Notes under the pieces: generated by a model
The model's database searches: none
The model's input: the letters and a program-made list of their open reading frames with translations, nothing else
Told to the model about the DNA's origin: nothing
Position numbers and translations under genes: made by a program
Part shown: one piece after another, positions 23,157 through 35,969 of the stretch
Position numbering within the stretch: the stretch's first letter is position 1
Layout: every line of letters starts with the position of its first letter
Assembly: GCF_001194135.2 (NCBI RefSeq)
Contig: NC_068998.1
Coordinates: 10,645,619 to 10,709,618, forward strand
DNA: 64,000 nucleotides
Reading direction: 5' to 3'
From: Octopus bimaculoides
Taxonomy: Eukaryota

Positions 23157-25191
23157 AATAATAATAATGATAATAATAATAATAATAGTAATAATAATAA
23201 TTCATTTTCATTTTTGGCACAGGTTCAGCAATTTTGAGATGGGGAAGTTGATTACATCAATCCCAGTGCTCAACAGGTGCCTATTGGATCAATCCCGAAA
23301 GGGTGAAATCAAAAGTCAACCTCAGCGGAATTTGAACTCAGAACGCAAAACCAGAAGAAATGTCTTAAGCAGTTTGTCCAACCTGACTTGAAGTGTGACA
23401 TCTTCAGTTGTTGGAACAGAGAAATTAACAAAATCATGGTACTGCTGATTATTACTAGGGCCTTGGGAACAGTGACAAAAAAAAAAAAAAAAATCTTGAT
23501 AACATTCTCATAAAACTTGATCTTAACCTAGGAGTTGGTGCAAAGCAGAAAACATGTTTGCCTGTTTGCTGGGTCAGGACTGGCCTTGGGTTAAACAACA
23601 ACAACACACATTTACCAGATGGTGAAAGAGAGACAAATAATGCAATACAGGAAATGCTTACCATTGATGGATAGGAGTGATCTGTACTAGAGAACTCAAG
23701 GACTGTGATTGAGGCATACAACTTCATTGAGGACAGGAGACCGGAACTAGCTCTAATGGCAAAGTGTGCAGAGAAGATATGATCGAGGCAATAGAGAGGG
23801 AGGAGAGATAGAGAAAGAGAGACAGAGAAGAGAGAGAGAAGGGTGGATAGTAGAGAAGCAAGAAGCGCTAGAGAGTGAAAGAGAGATGCAGAGGTAGACA
23901 GATAGTTAGAAGGAAAGCTCTCTGTATGTATGTATATACACACACACACACACACACACACATAGAGGAAATGAGGGACAGATAGGGAGATAAACAGAAG
24001 AAAAAGGAGAAAGATAAGAAAGAGAGAGGGGGGAATGGGTAGATGGGTTAACAGGGAGAGAGAGTACAGTTCAGTGTGGTGCTTATTAAATCATAGATTT
24101 TTCTTTTTCCCTCCACACTTTCCTAACCCCCTCCCCTCATCTATCTCCTCTCCACTCCCCTATTCTTTTTTTGGATAGCAATTAAGGACACCTGCTTTCT
24201 GTTCAGAAAAGACAGTGGTGCAAGTTGTGGTGGCGATGATGATGATGATGATGATGATGGGGACTAAGGTGGTAGTGGTGGTGGTGGTGGCAGTCCTTTG
24301 TGATTGGATGTGGTGATGATGGTGGCAGTGGCTATAGTGGTGGTGGTGCTGCTCCTGTTGTTGTTTAACCCAAGGTCAAATTGGATTGAACAGACTTATG
24401 AACACCCTGTCTTTATCCTACATGTGGAGAAATCACAACTTAAACTATCCAACACGTCTATTGTAGGATCTAACTAGAGGGAGATTTGGCCACTATTTCT
24501 AGTAGTTGAGACATCAGAGAGAGACTCCTTCATTGGGTTGCTTGCAATGTTTTTGGTTCTTAACCATATTGGTGCTGGTGCTGGTGGTGACAGTTGCGAT
24601 GTTTATAGTATAGTGATAGGAGCGTTTAAGGTTGGAAGAATTACAAGAATGAAGGCTTATTTACCAGAGACTGGTTGACTCATCACACAGACACAAAAGA
24701 CAATATGACATCATTCCAGTTACTCTCATGAAAGTTCCCCAACGCTATCCTCACCATCACTACCAAAACCTGTGACAACATCAAATGATGCCACAGGGAT
24801 GGCGGTGAAGAAAAGTTAACCTTTCCCATCGACGTTCTCAATTGGAAGTTTGCATGTTTGTCCGACATTACATCAACACTGACAACTGCTGCTACCTTCC
24901 GCTTTGCTTCATAACTACACCTCACCACTGCTGCATGCCTTACCAGTCTTGTTTTGCATCCGGTCCTCATGCATCTTGTTCTATGCAACAAACTCATCTG
25001 ACCTTGTTCCACTCAAGCACCTTCCTATTTCTGAGTCTATTTACATGTACACACTTGCATTCACACAAGTGTTTCCATGAAAATTCATGCACACACACAC
25101 ACACACATATAACATTCTAAATATACATACAGTTATGCATGTATGTTCTTTTATCTGTCTACATCTGCTTAGCTCCCTCTTCCAACATATA

Positions 25192-25730
25192 TATTGGGTC
25201 ATCCTATAAAGAATGCGGTTCTTTTTTATACTTTTATTTTTCAAAATTAAGATAAACAAAATTCTTTTTTAATCTAATACATACTCTCCTTCATTTTCTA
25301 CAATGCTCTTCCATCTATCTGGTAGACTTGCAAAGCCCTGCTTCCAAAATAATTCATTTGTCTGTGATGAGAAATACTCCTCCATTACTGTTCTGACCTC
25401 GTCTACAGAATTCATATTTTTTCCATCCAAATGATTCTGAAGACTGCAGAATGATAATCAGATGGGGGGCAATGTCCAGCGAATATGGTGGGTGGAGCAT
25501 CATTTCCCATTCAAACTGCTCCAGCCTCTGGAATGTCATCCTCACTGTATGTGATTGAGCATTATCCAGAAGGAAGAACACCTTGGTGGTTGTTTTTCTT
25601 CTAGCGCTGACTTGAGCCGCTCAAGCCGCTTGCAGTGGAACTCCTTTGTTACCATTTGGTTTGGGTTTAAAAGTTCAATGTGGACTAAACCTTTCATATC
25701 CCACCACACAGATAACAGCTTTTATTGTCT
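25192..25730 (-). mobile_element. Mariner (DD34D-type) transposase 3' fragment with TIR
   Basis: LLDNAQSHT...EMMLHPPYSLDIAP corresponds to the mariner HDNA and HPPYSPDLAP motifs. TIR-like TATTGGGTCATCCTATAAAGAATGCGG at about 25192. Confidence 0.85.
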
Positions 25731-27552
25731 CTACTGCTCTTTGATAATGTATAGGTTTGTTTATGCCTGTGTAACTTAGAAATTCAGCAAAAGGGACAGA
25801 TAGAATGAGCACCAAACTTAGAAAAAAAAAATAAACACCGGGATCGATTTGTTTGACTAAACCCCCTCAAGTCGGTACCCCAAACCCAGCATGGCCACTG
25901 TCCAATGACTGAAACAAGTCACAAGAAATACTCTTTAATAAGAAACAGAAACAAGTAGGTCACACAAGCGCAGTCAAGTCATGGACAACCTGCAGACCAC
26001 AGGACCTTCTGAATGGCACCTTAATAAAAACTTACATCTAAGTTTTTTTAATAGTGTAGGTCACCTGATGATGGGCCAGGTCTCGCGAGGCCCACTTCTT
26101 GAAAATGTTTTCCATGGCAACACTAGAAAATGTAGACCTGACTATACATTATGCTTCAAAAGAAAATAAATGGGACGGTCCAGGCTGGAATGCATTTGAT
26201 TGTAGGTCAGTCTGTCTATCTGCCTGGCTGTCTGTTCAATCTGGGTTGGACTGTGGTACAACAGCATCAGCAGTTATCATCAATACTGTGATCATCTCCA
26301 CAGTCCACCACCACCACCACCAGTAGTACTACTGTCAACCTCATTATCCTCACTCCCACCACCACCACCACCACCACCACCACCACCACAAGTAAAGTCA
26401 CTAATAACACTAGCACCACTGTCCAACTGAAACACCATATCAGAACAGCTTCTATTCACCACACGCATACACATATACACTGAGGCACACATACACCCTC
26501 AATCACATGAACACACACACACACACACACNNNNNNNNNNNNNNNNNNNNNNNNNNNNNNNNNNNNNNNNNNNNNNNNNNNNNNNNNNNNNNNNNNNNNN
26601 NNNNNNNNNNNNNNNNNNNNNNNNNNNNNNNNNNNNNNNNNNNNNNNNNNNNNNNNNNNNNNNNNNNNNNNNNNNNNNNNNNNNNNNNNNNNNNNNNNNN
26701 NNNNNNNNNNNNNNNNNNNNNNNNNNNNNNNNNNNNNNNNNNNNNNNNNNNNNNNNNNNNNNNNNNNNNNNNNNNNNNNNNNNNNNNNNNNNNNNNNNNN
26801 NNNNNNNNNNNNNNNNNNNNNNNNNNNNNNNNNNNNNNNNNNNNNNNNNNNNNNNNNNNNNNNNNNNNNNNNNNNNNNNNNNNNNNNNNNNNNNNNNNNN
26901 NNNNNNNNNNNNNNNNNNNNNNNNNNNNNNNNNNNNNNNNNNNNNNNNNNNNNNNNNNNNNNNNNNNNNNNNNNNNNNNNNNNNNNNNNNNNNNNNNNNN
27001 NNNNNNNNNNNNNNNNNNNNNNNNNNNNNNNNNNNNNNNNNNNNNNNNNNNNNNNNNNNNNNNNNNNNNNNNNNNNNNNNNNNNNNAAATATATATATAG
27101 TGAGAGTTACCAAAAAAAAAAGATGAAGACAGGTGTGTAAACAACAAACAGATGTATTAGTTTAATGCTTGGGAAGTGAAAGAGTCTTTTACATTTTGAG
27201 CCTATGCTCTTCAACAGAAAGGAACACAGAAATAAACAGGAAGAGAAAATAAGAAAAGGTTTAGTGGCTAGTGATGTGTATGTATATATATCAATATATA
27301 CACACACACATATATATACACATACACACATATATATATATGTATATATATCACACACACAATCACATATACATACATGTGTGTATTATAGCTTATTAAG
27401 CTTTTCTGTTTCTACATACTTTGTTTTACTTCTTACAGTCAACCTCAGTATTTATCTTTTTAAGTGTGGTACTTATTCCATCAATACCTTTTTCAAAAAC
27501 TAAGTTACAAAGATGTAAACAAACCAATGCTGGGACTGAAGTAGAAACCACA

Positions 27553-27782
27553 AGGCGGTGAGCTGGCAGAAACATTAGCACACCGGGCGAAATACTTAGC
27601 GGTATTTTGTCTGCTGCTATGTTCCGAGTTCAAATTCCGCCGAGGTTAACTTTGCCTTTTGTCCTTTCCGGATTGATGAATTAAGTACCAGTTATGCACT
27701 GGGGTCGATATAATCGACTTAATCCATTTGTCTGTCCTTGTTTGTCACCTGTGTGTAGCCCCTTGTGGGCAGTCAAGAAATA
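27553..27782 (+). mobile_element. tRNA-derived SINE family B, full length with 10-bp TSD
   Basis: Head AGGCGGTGAGCTGGCAGAA, B box GAGTTCAAATTCC and central GAGGTTAACTTTGCCTTT..AAGTACCAG (Meta-domain-like by recall). TSD AGAAACCACA at 27543-27552 and 27783-27792. It is inserted in a family A copy. Confidence 0.9.
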
Positions 27783-28544
27783 AGAAACCACACGGTTATG
27801 GGGACATAAACACAACGGATTCAGTTGTTAAGTGATGGCAAGAGGACAAACACAGACACACACAAATATATATGGGTACATAAATATACAACAGGCTTCT
27901 TCCAGTTTCTATCTACCAAATTCACTTACAAGGCTTTGGTCAGCCTGAGGCTATCGCAGAAGACACTCGCTCAAGGTGTCACACAGGGGAACTGAACCTG
28001 GAACCATGTGGTTGGGAAGCAAGCTTCTTACTACACAGCTACATCTGAATGTATAAATATCTTTGTGTACATGTGTTGTGCTGTACGGATATATACAAAC
28101 ACATACTTACACAAATACTAGCCCCCAGCTTATCAATCATATAACTACAGAAATACTGTGTATACACATACACCGTCTGGCTGATCTAATCTGGAAGGCA
28201 GAATAGCAGCACATAATTACACACACACACACACATATACATACATATATATATATTATATATATATATAAAAATACAGATAGATAGAAAGGTGTGTGTA
28301 AGGATACACTGGTCTGTTCTGCTTCAGTGGTCATTTCTGCATGTACTGTTTATGATTTAAAAGGTTTTACTGTATTGGTAAGTGTTCCACATGCATCTCT
28401 GTTGATTCATGTCTCTTATGTCTGCAACAAAATGCCATGCCAACAACTGTAGAATCTCTTCAGTGATAAGTGGTACTTGCACAACAGTGGCCATTCAAGC
28501 AGAGCAGTATGTCTATATACACAAGCACACACATATGTGTGTAT

Positions 28545-28586
<42 letters not shown>

Positions 28587-29100
28587 TGTGTGTGCATACA
28601 GACGTGCATGCAATTTTCAGGTGCAGTGAACACTAACAACACCAATTTAGGAAATAGCAATGGAGTGTATTTTGGTGTATGTGTATTTATATATAAATGT
28701 ATATGTGCATGCATGCATGTATGGTAATTAATTGATAATAAAAGCAGAATGAAATACAGTCAGTCATGTGTCTAATTGGTAGAATGTAAGCTGCACCTAC
28801 AAAAAAATGTCCAATAATGTTTATTTCAACACATGATTATCCAACAAGAATCTGGCAAAAAAAACAAAAAAACTTTGTGTATGTGTGTGTGTGGGTGAGT
28901 GTGGGTGTGTGAGTGTGGGTGAGTGTGTGTGTGAAGGTATAGCTCATGGGTGCAGGTATGACTGTGATTAAGAAGTTTGTTTTGAACCCTGCTGTTTCAG
29001 GTTCAATCTGTGTGTTAGGTACCGTCTACTATAACCTGAGACTAACCAATGCTTTGTGGGCATATTTGCTAGATGGAAACTGAAAGAGGTCTGTTGATAT

Positions 29101-29160
<60 letters not shown>

Positions 29161-29943
29161 TCATCATCATCATCATCATCTAAAAGCCTGTAAGTCAGAA
29201 AAAACAGGGATTTGTATATTTGTCAACTGAATGGGTATATTAATATTGGCACAGGGTCAGCAGATTTTGAGAGGAAGGGCAAGTCAATTACATTGATCCC
29301 AGTACTTCACTGGTCTTATTTTATCAACCCCAAAAGAATGAAAGACAAAGTCACCCTTGTCAGTATTTGAACTCAGAATGTAGAAAATTGGAAGAAATAT
29401 CACTAACGATCCTGCAAGCTTGCTGCCTAAATAATAAGTGTTTCTAATTCAGGCACAAGATTAACACTTTTGAGATGGTTAATCCCTAGACTACATTATC
29501 CAACGTGTCAATGTTTCCTTCTTATTGGCGTTATGATTTATATGATATTTAGCTGTTGTTTCTAGCAGGTCTAGTCATCGTAAAGGGGTTTCAGACTGCA
29601 GAAGTTACTGCCTTGATTTGAAATTTAGATAATAAATTCCAATAGAGCCTTATAGTCTGCAGAAGAGCAGTGAACGTGAGGTTAAGGTAGTGGAAAATTT
29701 TAAACCACATAGTTATGAGTTAATACTTTAATGCCTCCCTGGGGCTGGGTACATATCTCTAATTGCATTATTTCATCTGACCCATCTTTACATTCCAGTT
29801 GTATGTTATGAACGAAAGGTTAATAAGGTTAATGTGAAAAGGCCATACAGCAGTGAGACTGTCTGCTCTTAAAAAATAGCCACCCCCAAAACATATTTAC
29901 TATGGGAAACTGGATTTAAAACCAAAGAAAAAATTTACATCAA

Positions 29944-29993
<50 letters not shown>

Positions 29994-30371
29994 TGCATGC
30001 ATGCATGTATAGAGACAAGCACATGTATGTTTTTGCAAGTAGACAGTGTAGATGCTTAAACATGTATGTATGCATTGAATTATGCACATCACACAGATAA
30101 TTACAGCGTTTGGATGGTGAAGTCGTGGCTTAGTGGTTAGTGTATTTGGCTTACAATTGTAAGGTCATGACCTCAATTCCTTATAGTGCATTATGTCCTT
30201 GAGCAAGACTCTTCATTTCACATTTCTTCAGTCCACTCAGCTGGCAAAAAATGAGTAGTACCAGAATTTCAAAGGGTCGACTTTGTCACAATTTGTGCCA
30301 TGCTGAATCTCTTTGAAGAACTATGTAAAGGGTATGAATGTCTGTGGGCTGCTCAGCCACCTGTACATTAA

Positions 30372-30947
30372 CCCTTTAGTGCCCATTGTCTTTTTTTTTT
30401 TAGGACCAGAAGGATAATCTATCATATTTCTGCAACAGCTGTATTTTTTTGAGATATCTTTAGTTAGTCATCAAGACTGGAGTGTCTTTCAAATATTGTA
30501 ATAAATTTTTTTTTATATATTTAGTATCAGATAAAGTTGTATAAAAAAAGATTTTTGGTAATAAATCAAATAAAACAAGAGCACTCGGAGAGTGCAAACC
30601 TCTGCCAAGGTAACACCAACATCCTCTCAGAGATGATTTTCAAAATGAGAATATCTGAAATAAACTCAAATCTTCTCTCAAACGGGAACACTAAAAATGA
30701 ACCCAACTGCACTCAAAAATTAAGTAAAAAAAAAAAACAGGAAAAATAATCCAGAATCCTTGTCCAGAACTGGATTAATCCCCAAATCTAATCAGTTTGT
30801 GCCAGTCATGAGAACAAACAATCCTGAAAGTTTCATTTGAATCCATCTAGCGGTTCTTGAGATATCTTATCCACAGACAAACAAATACAACTGAAAACAA
30901 TACCTCTGCCTTTGCTAAGGTAGAGGTAAAATTTGGGCACAAATGGG
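30372..30947. mobile_element. piggyBac-type MITE with TTAA TSD, carrying a HINE
   Basis: TTAA(30368-30371)|CCCTTTAGTGCCCA ... TGGGCACAAATGGG|TTAA(30948-30951). Confidence 0.8.
30574..30929 (-). mobile_element. HINE copy nested in the piggyBac MITE
   Basis: Same termini as 10248-10528 (AAGAGCACTCGGAGAGTGC ... TACCTCTGCCTTTGCTAAGGTAGAGGTAA on plus). Confidence 0.75.
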
Positions 30948-31369
30948 TTAAGTTCACAAGTAGGCTGTTCCATTGACGAGATCAACTGCAACCCACATCA
31001 ACATAACCGACGGAGTGCCCAACAGAAACAGCTAATTACACGTACTTACTGTATACATTTGAACACATTAATACACACCTGCTTTTTTTTTTTTTTTTTT
31101 TACTTATTTCAGTCACGGGCTGCCATGCTTGAAGGTTTAGTCAAACAAATCAATCTCAGTACTGGGGCAGGTAGAAATTAATTCTTCAGTTGATTCACAT
31201 TTAAATCTGTTATACCCATAAAATATTCAGGTATTATACTCCATGAATTGTATCGTTTATAATGCTGTGTGTTCCACCGACTACCTCTGGTGGTATAGGC
31301 TTTGAGAAAAAAAAAAAAAGGATAGGTAACTTTTAACATTCAGGGGTAGGTTTACCATTTAGTTGCTTC

Positions 31370-31778
31370 CAGGGCCAGGTAAAGACTCATAGAGGCCCTC
31401 AGCACTTAAAAGATTTTGGTGCACCCATATATATGTAATTCAAAATACGAGCAATAATAAACCATATAATAAAGTTTTACCTTTCAAACAGTAAGATGAA
31501 AATGTTTATTTTTGCATACTTCCATTTTTATTTATATTTGAAAAATTGTCTTCTACTTTAATTGCAAAGTCTTTGATCAGGTACTCAAAATATATTTTAT
31601 GTATCACATTTGCTTCTATACTTAGTAGAGATAAGGCATCCTGAATATTATTCTAACAAGCTTAAAGTGATTTCTTTTGTACTGTAAACCATTTACCATT
31701 TCTTTAGCACCCCCCCCCCCAACTTCCCTTGATGCCCTAAGCATGTACTTATTTTGCTTAATGGTTAATCTAGTGCTG
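31370..31778. mobile_element. hAT-type MITE
   Basis: Degenerate TIRs CAGGGCCAGGTAAA and TTAATCTAGTGCTG, flanked by an 8-bp TSD GTTGCTTC / GTTGGTTC (7 of 8 match). Confidence 0.65.
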
Positions 31779-31894
31779 GTTGGTTCTCTTTTGCTCTGAC
31801 CTACTGAAAAGCCAAATTTCAGAATCTTGGCAAGGGCTGGGTACCTTAGTTAGAGCATACATGCATACACACACATACATGCAATGTTAATATA

Positions 31895-32020
31895 CAGGGT
31901 GTCCACAAAGTCTAGGTACATGGGGATTAACACATACTTTAAATAACTTATTATTTCTTATATTTAATTGTTTGTTATGATTTTATTTACTCCATGTACC
32001 CAGACCTTGTGGACACCCTG
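31895..32020. mobile_element. Tc1/mariner-type MITE (126 bp)
   Basis: TA|CAGGGTGTCCACAAAGTCTAGGTACATGG ... CCATGTACCCAGACCTTGTGGACACCCTG|TA. The 29-bp TIRs have 2 mismatches, with a TA TSD. Confidence 0.9.
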
Positions 32021-32460
32021 TATATTAACATATATTTGATATATAATTTGGTAACACATCCACGAATACATGAAAGTATGTATATGTGCATGAATAAAGA
32101 TTATATCTAATAAATAAAATGTTCAGCACTGAAAACTTTTAATAAGTTTTGGCATAAATCTGTTTTAACAAACAATTTGAGACCTGAATGATTAGCTGTT
32201 TCTTGTAGTCACTGTGTGTGTGTGTGTGCATGCATATATGTGTGTGTGTGTGTGTGTGAGCATGTATGAATGTGTATGCACGCATATATGTGTATGTGTG
32301 CATGTATATATATATGTGTGTGTGCACGTGTGTTTTAAGTAACATATGACTCATAACATAAGTAGGTAGAAATACTAGTTCTATTAAACATCCATAGGAT
32401 TAATATCTACAAATACACACACACACACACTCACGTGTACATATTCACTCACTCACACAC

Positions 32461-32542
32461 AAACTTACACACACATGCACACATATATAAACTTACACAC
32501 ACATGCACACATATATAAACTTACACACACATGCACACATAT
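32461..32542. repeat. 28-bp minisatellite x3
   Basis: AAACTTACACACACATGCACACATATAT repeated three times (the third is 2 nt shorter), inside a (CA)/(TA)-rich tract. Confidence 0.85.
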
Positions 32543-33336
32543 AAACTCACATACACATATGTGTGTGTATATATATGTATGTATGTATGTATGTATAATG
32601 CTTATGCACACCTAAATAGATACTCAGTCATTACATACATGCATCCATACATACTCGGTCATACATACATATACTTTAGCATATTAACACACAACGACAA
32701 ATGTATCTATACACATGCAAACACACACACCCACAAATATAACATATAATACACATTCAAATATAGAGTATGTATGCATAAGTGTGTGTGTGTGTGTATG
32801 CATATTATAGCATACACACATCCATTAATGCAATCCATAAGCACAAACACATTAGCGTGTGGACGGAAACACACACAAATAAATACATACATACATACAT
32901 GCACACATAGATAAAATCCTATGGATATGTGCACGGAAGCTAAATTACACAATATCATTGAATAACAAGGGTTTGTATTCAACACCCTCCACATTACTCG
33001 ACATAACTACATTCATCACAACCACAACCACATCCAATCGTGAGAAATTATTTCTTGATTCCTCTCATACAATTTGTGTGTGTACCTTTAGTAAAGATTT
33101 TACTATGATTCACATAAATGTCAGGTCTTTTAGTGAATTTTTTTAATTGTTTTTTTTCTGTTTAGTTTAGTTTAATTTAATTTATTTTTTGTTTTTGTTC
33201 TGGATAAGCTGATTCATGACCTTTTTTTAAAATCTCATTTTTGATATATTTTTTATTAAACTTTTTTTTTCTACTGTCATGTGATGTAAAAAAAAAAAGA
33301 TAAATATCTCCAAGCCCTGAAGTTATTATTATTATT

Positions 33337-33587
33337 GTTCAGTAGTTTTATTTTTATAATGTGCTTTCACTTCACTACCGAGCGCAGCTCTGTGCGCCTT
33401 GGGTATGTGCTGTGGTGCTCTTATGGTTACTGTATTGAAAGTGTTTTGCGTAGGATGTGTGCTGTGCCCAGTAGTGCAATTTTCTGTATGTTATATATAT
33501 TTGTAAGTCTTGGTGTTTTTGTTATGTATTTGTCTGAATATATTTTTATTATACCTAAGGCACCTACTATGATAGGAATTGTTTCTG

Positions 33588-33591
<4 letters not shown>
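33337..33591 (-). mobile_element. 5'-truncated R4/Dong-like RLE retrotransposon 3' end in (TAA)n
   Basis: Intact frame KTETIPIIVGALGIIKIYSDKYITKTPRLTNIYNIQKIALLGTAHILRKTLSIQ* (stop at 33429-33427), then a 3' UTR, with (TTA)n on both sides. Confidence 0.85.
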
Positions 33592-33616
<25 letters not shown>

Positions 33617-33624
<8 letters not shown>

Positions 33625-33962
33625 TCTGCCTTAGCGATGGCAGAGGTATTGTTTTCAGTTATGTTTGTTTGTCCATGGACAAGACATCTCAAGAACTGCT
33701 GGATGGATTCTGATGAAACTTTCAGGAATGTTTGGCCTTGTGACTGGCACAAACTGAGTAGATTTTGGGATCATACCAGACAAGGATACTGGATTAATTT
33801 TTCCTGCTTTTTTACTTAATTTTTGAGAGTGCTCGGGTCCATTTTTAGTATTCTCGTTTGTGAGAGCAGTTGAGTTTATTTCAGATATTCTCATTTCAAA
33901 ACTCACCTCTGGCTGACGCTGGTGTTGCCTTGGCAGAGGTTTGCACTTTCTGAGTGCTCTTA
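33617..33962 (+). mobile_element. HINE copy
   Basis: TTATTACCTCTGCCttagcgatGGCAGAGGT ... GGCAGAGGTttGCACTTTCTGAGTGCTCTT. Confidence 0.75.
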
Positions 33963-33965
33963 TTA

Positions 33966-34009
<44 letters not shown>

Positions 34010-35114
34010 TTCCTGCTGAAGTCAACTTTGCCTTTTATCCTTTTGAGGTGGATAAAATAAAGCCCCAGTCAAGTACTGGGACTGGTTTAATTGACTCACC
34101 ATCTCCTTTCAAACCTGCTAGTCTCCTGTCAAGAATTATTAGAAAGAATTATTATTATTATTATTATTATTGTTCAAGATTGACTTTGCCTTTCATCCTT
34201 TCGGAGTCAATAAAATAAGTACCAGTTGCATACTGGGGTTGATGTAATTAAAATTTTCACTCAACATAGTTCAATTCATGTTCAACATCTTAACCAAAGT
34301 AATTAGATGACTCATTTATGCACTTTGATCTTAGCATAGATCCCCTCAACTGCAGAAGCCACTTGCAATCGCAGGGGTTGCAGGAGCTTAGCAATGGCCC
34401 TGCCCTAGGTTAGAGAAAAGGCTAGGCCAGTACATTTGAGAGAGTATCAAATAAGAGCAGTGGTTGCCAAGTGAACTCGCAATGCTAGACTCAAAAAACT
34501 TAACTCTTCTGTTACCATATTTCTGTGGATTTACATTGTTTGTCTTTCAAGTAATTTTGAAAAAAATCCACTCTCTTCTACTAGTTTCAATCACTGGACT
34601 GCAGCCATGCTTGGAAACTGCCTTGTCAGATAAGCTGAATTTTGGAAATATTGTAATACTGTAAAAGACTACCTGTGGCAAAGTTGGAGCAAGCCCTTAA
34701 CTCTTCAGCTCATTCTAAAAATTAGTTTGATATTGATAGCCCCACATAGGGAGCATACCAGATATTAAGCTGAGAAGAGCAGATAATACACTTTGATCTT
34801 AGCTAAAAAGCCAAGAAACAATGAAGTATTTGAAAAACAATTTTGATACTAACCTGCCTTTATCGTACAATACAAACTTCCCATTATAAAGGGATTTGAA
34901 TTAAAACCTTCCATCAAAATAGCATGCCAATTTAAGTTCCAAAATGCCAGCTTAATAAATAACATGGTTATTGTACTATATTCTTTATTATTTTCAAAAT
35001 TGATTAAAACAAAGGCAGCGCATTTCAATAGGAATTAGGAACAAAAAAAATTATGTTGATGTTTGGGATATAATATGAAATTTTGATGGAGAATTTTAAT
35101 CTAAATCACTTTAA

Positions 35115-35323
35115 CCCCTTAGCATTTAAAGTAGCCTGAAATTCCACCTGGTTTATGTTCAAACCAGCCAACTCTGGCCACTCCTACAATATCATTCTAA
35201 AAATAAGTAACCATAACAATGAAATCTCAAAGCAACAAGATCTACAAGATAATGTCTGCTCAATTTAAAACAATATGAATAAACAAGTGTGATATTTGAC
35301 AGAGTAATCTAAATGCTAAAGTG
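35115..35323. mobile_element. piggyBac-type MITE, same family as 5247-5451
   Basis: TTAA|CCCCTTAGCATTTA ... TAAATGCTAAAGTG|TTGA, with shared internal sequence. Confidence 0.65.
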
Positions 35324-35969
35324 TTGAAACATGAAATTTGTACCATAAAATTAGGAGCAGTCTAAGGTGAGTTGGTAACAAAAAGGTTAACAGGGGCCCA
35401 CTCCATGGCCATTAACTCCTGGTTGAGTTCATCTATCATTGTAGACAAGTATTTTTTTGTTTTGTTTTGTTCAGTCAGAGCAACTATGTACCCTTCACAC
35501 ACCAGGGTGAGACCCCTAAAAGCTAAAGCTAGTTTAATTATCAATGGCCCAATTATGAAACAGGTAGTACTGTTTTATATCATTAACAGTAGTAGATCAT
35601 TTTTGATCTGATAGTAAAAGCACCAGTAATACACTGGGGATATTGTTAACTATATTCCTTTGCGTACATCTTCACTTCCTAGAAATAGAAGTCAAAGTTT
35701 GCTAAAATTACACCGTATTTTTTGGTTTGTTTTTATTTCAAGGACAAATTAGACAGTTGCATTTTCCACTATATAAGACAGTTTGGCTACAGCCAGAATT
35801 CCTTTTGATCATGGGTCTGCTTGATGGTGACTGACCTAGGGCTAAATAATCAATACAACTATTGCCACTACCTCTAAGGCCACCACCATCACCACCACCA
35901 ACTGATCATTTGCCTTAATAATTCAATACAAATTTTAAATATCTCTACATAGGTCTAAATATCTCTATA

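Larger units (their letters stand above)
30113..31020 (+). mobile_element. Old SINE family C copy split by nested insertions
   Basis: 30113-30371 and 30952-31020 are colinear with the intact copy at 50373-50760 once 30372-30951 is removed. Confidence 0.8.

Noticed and set aside
26060-26110. CTGATGA followed by a TGGGCC/GGCCCA stem and GAAA, hammerhead-like
   Set aside because: Six extra nucleotides lie between stem II and GAAA, and there is no stem I or III pairing.
24683-26492. Short ORFs and poly-His/Thr/Gly frames in GC-elevated tracts
   Set aside because: They derive from (ACC)n/(GAT)n simple repeats, the mariner fragment and SINE tails, with no domain signal.
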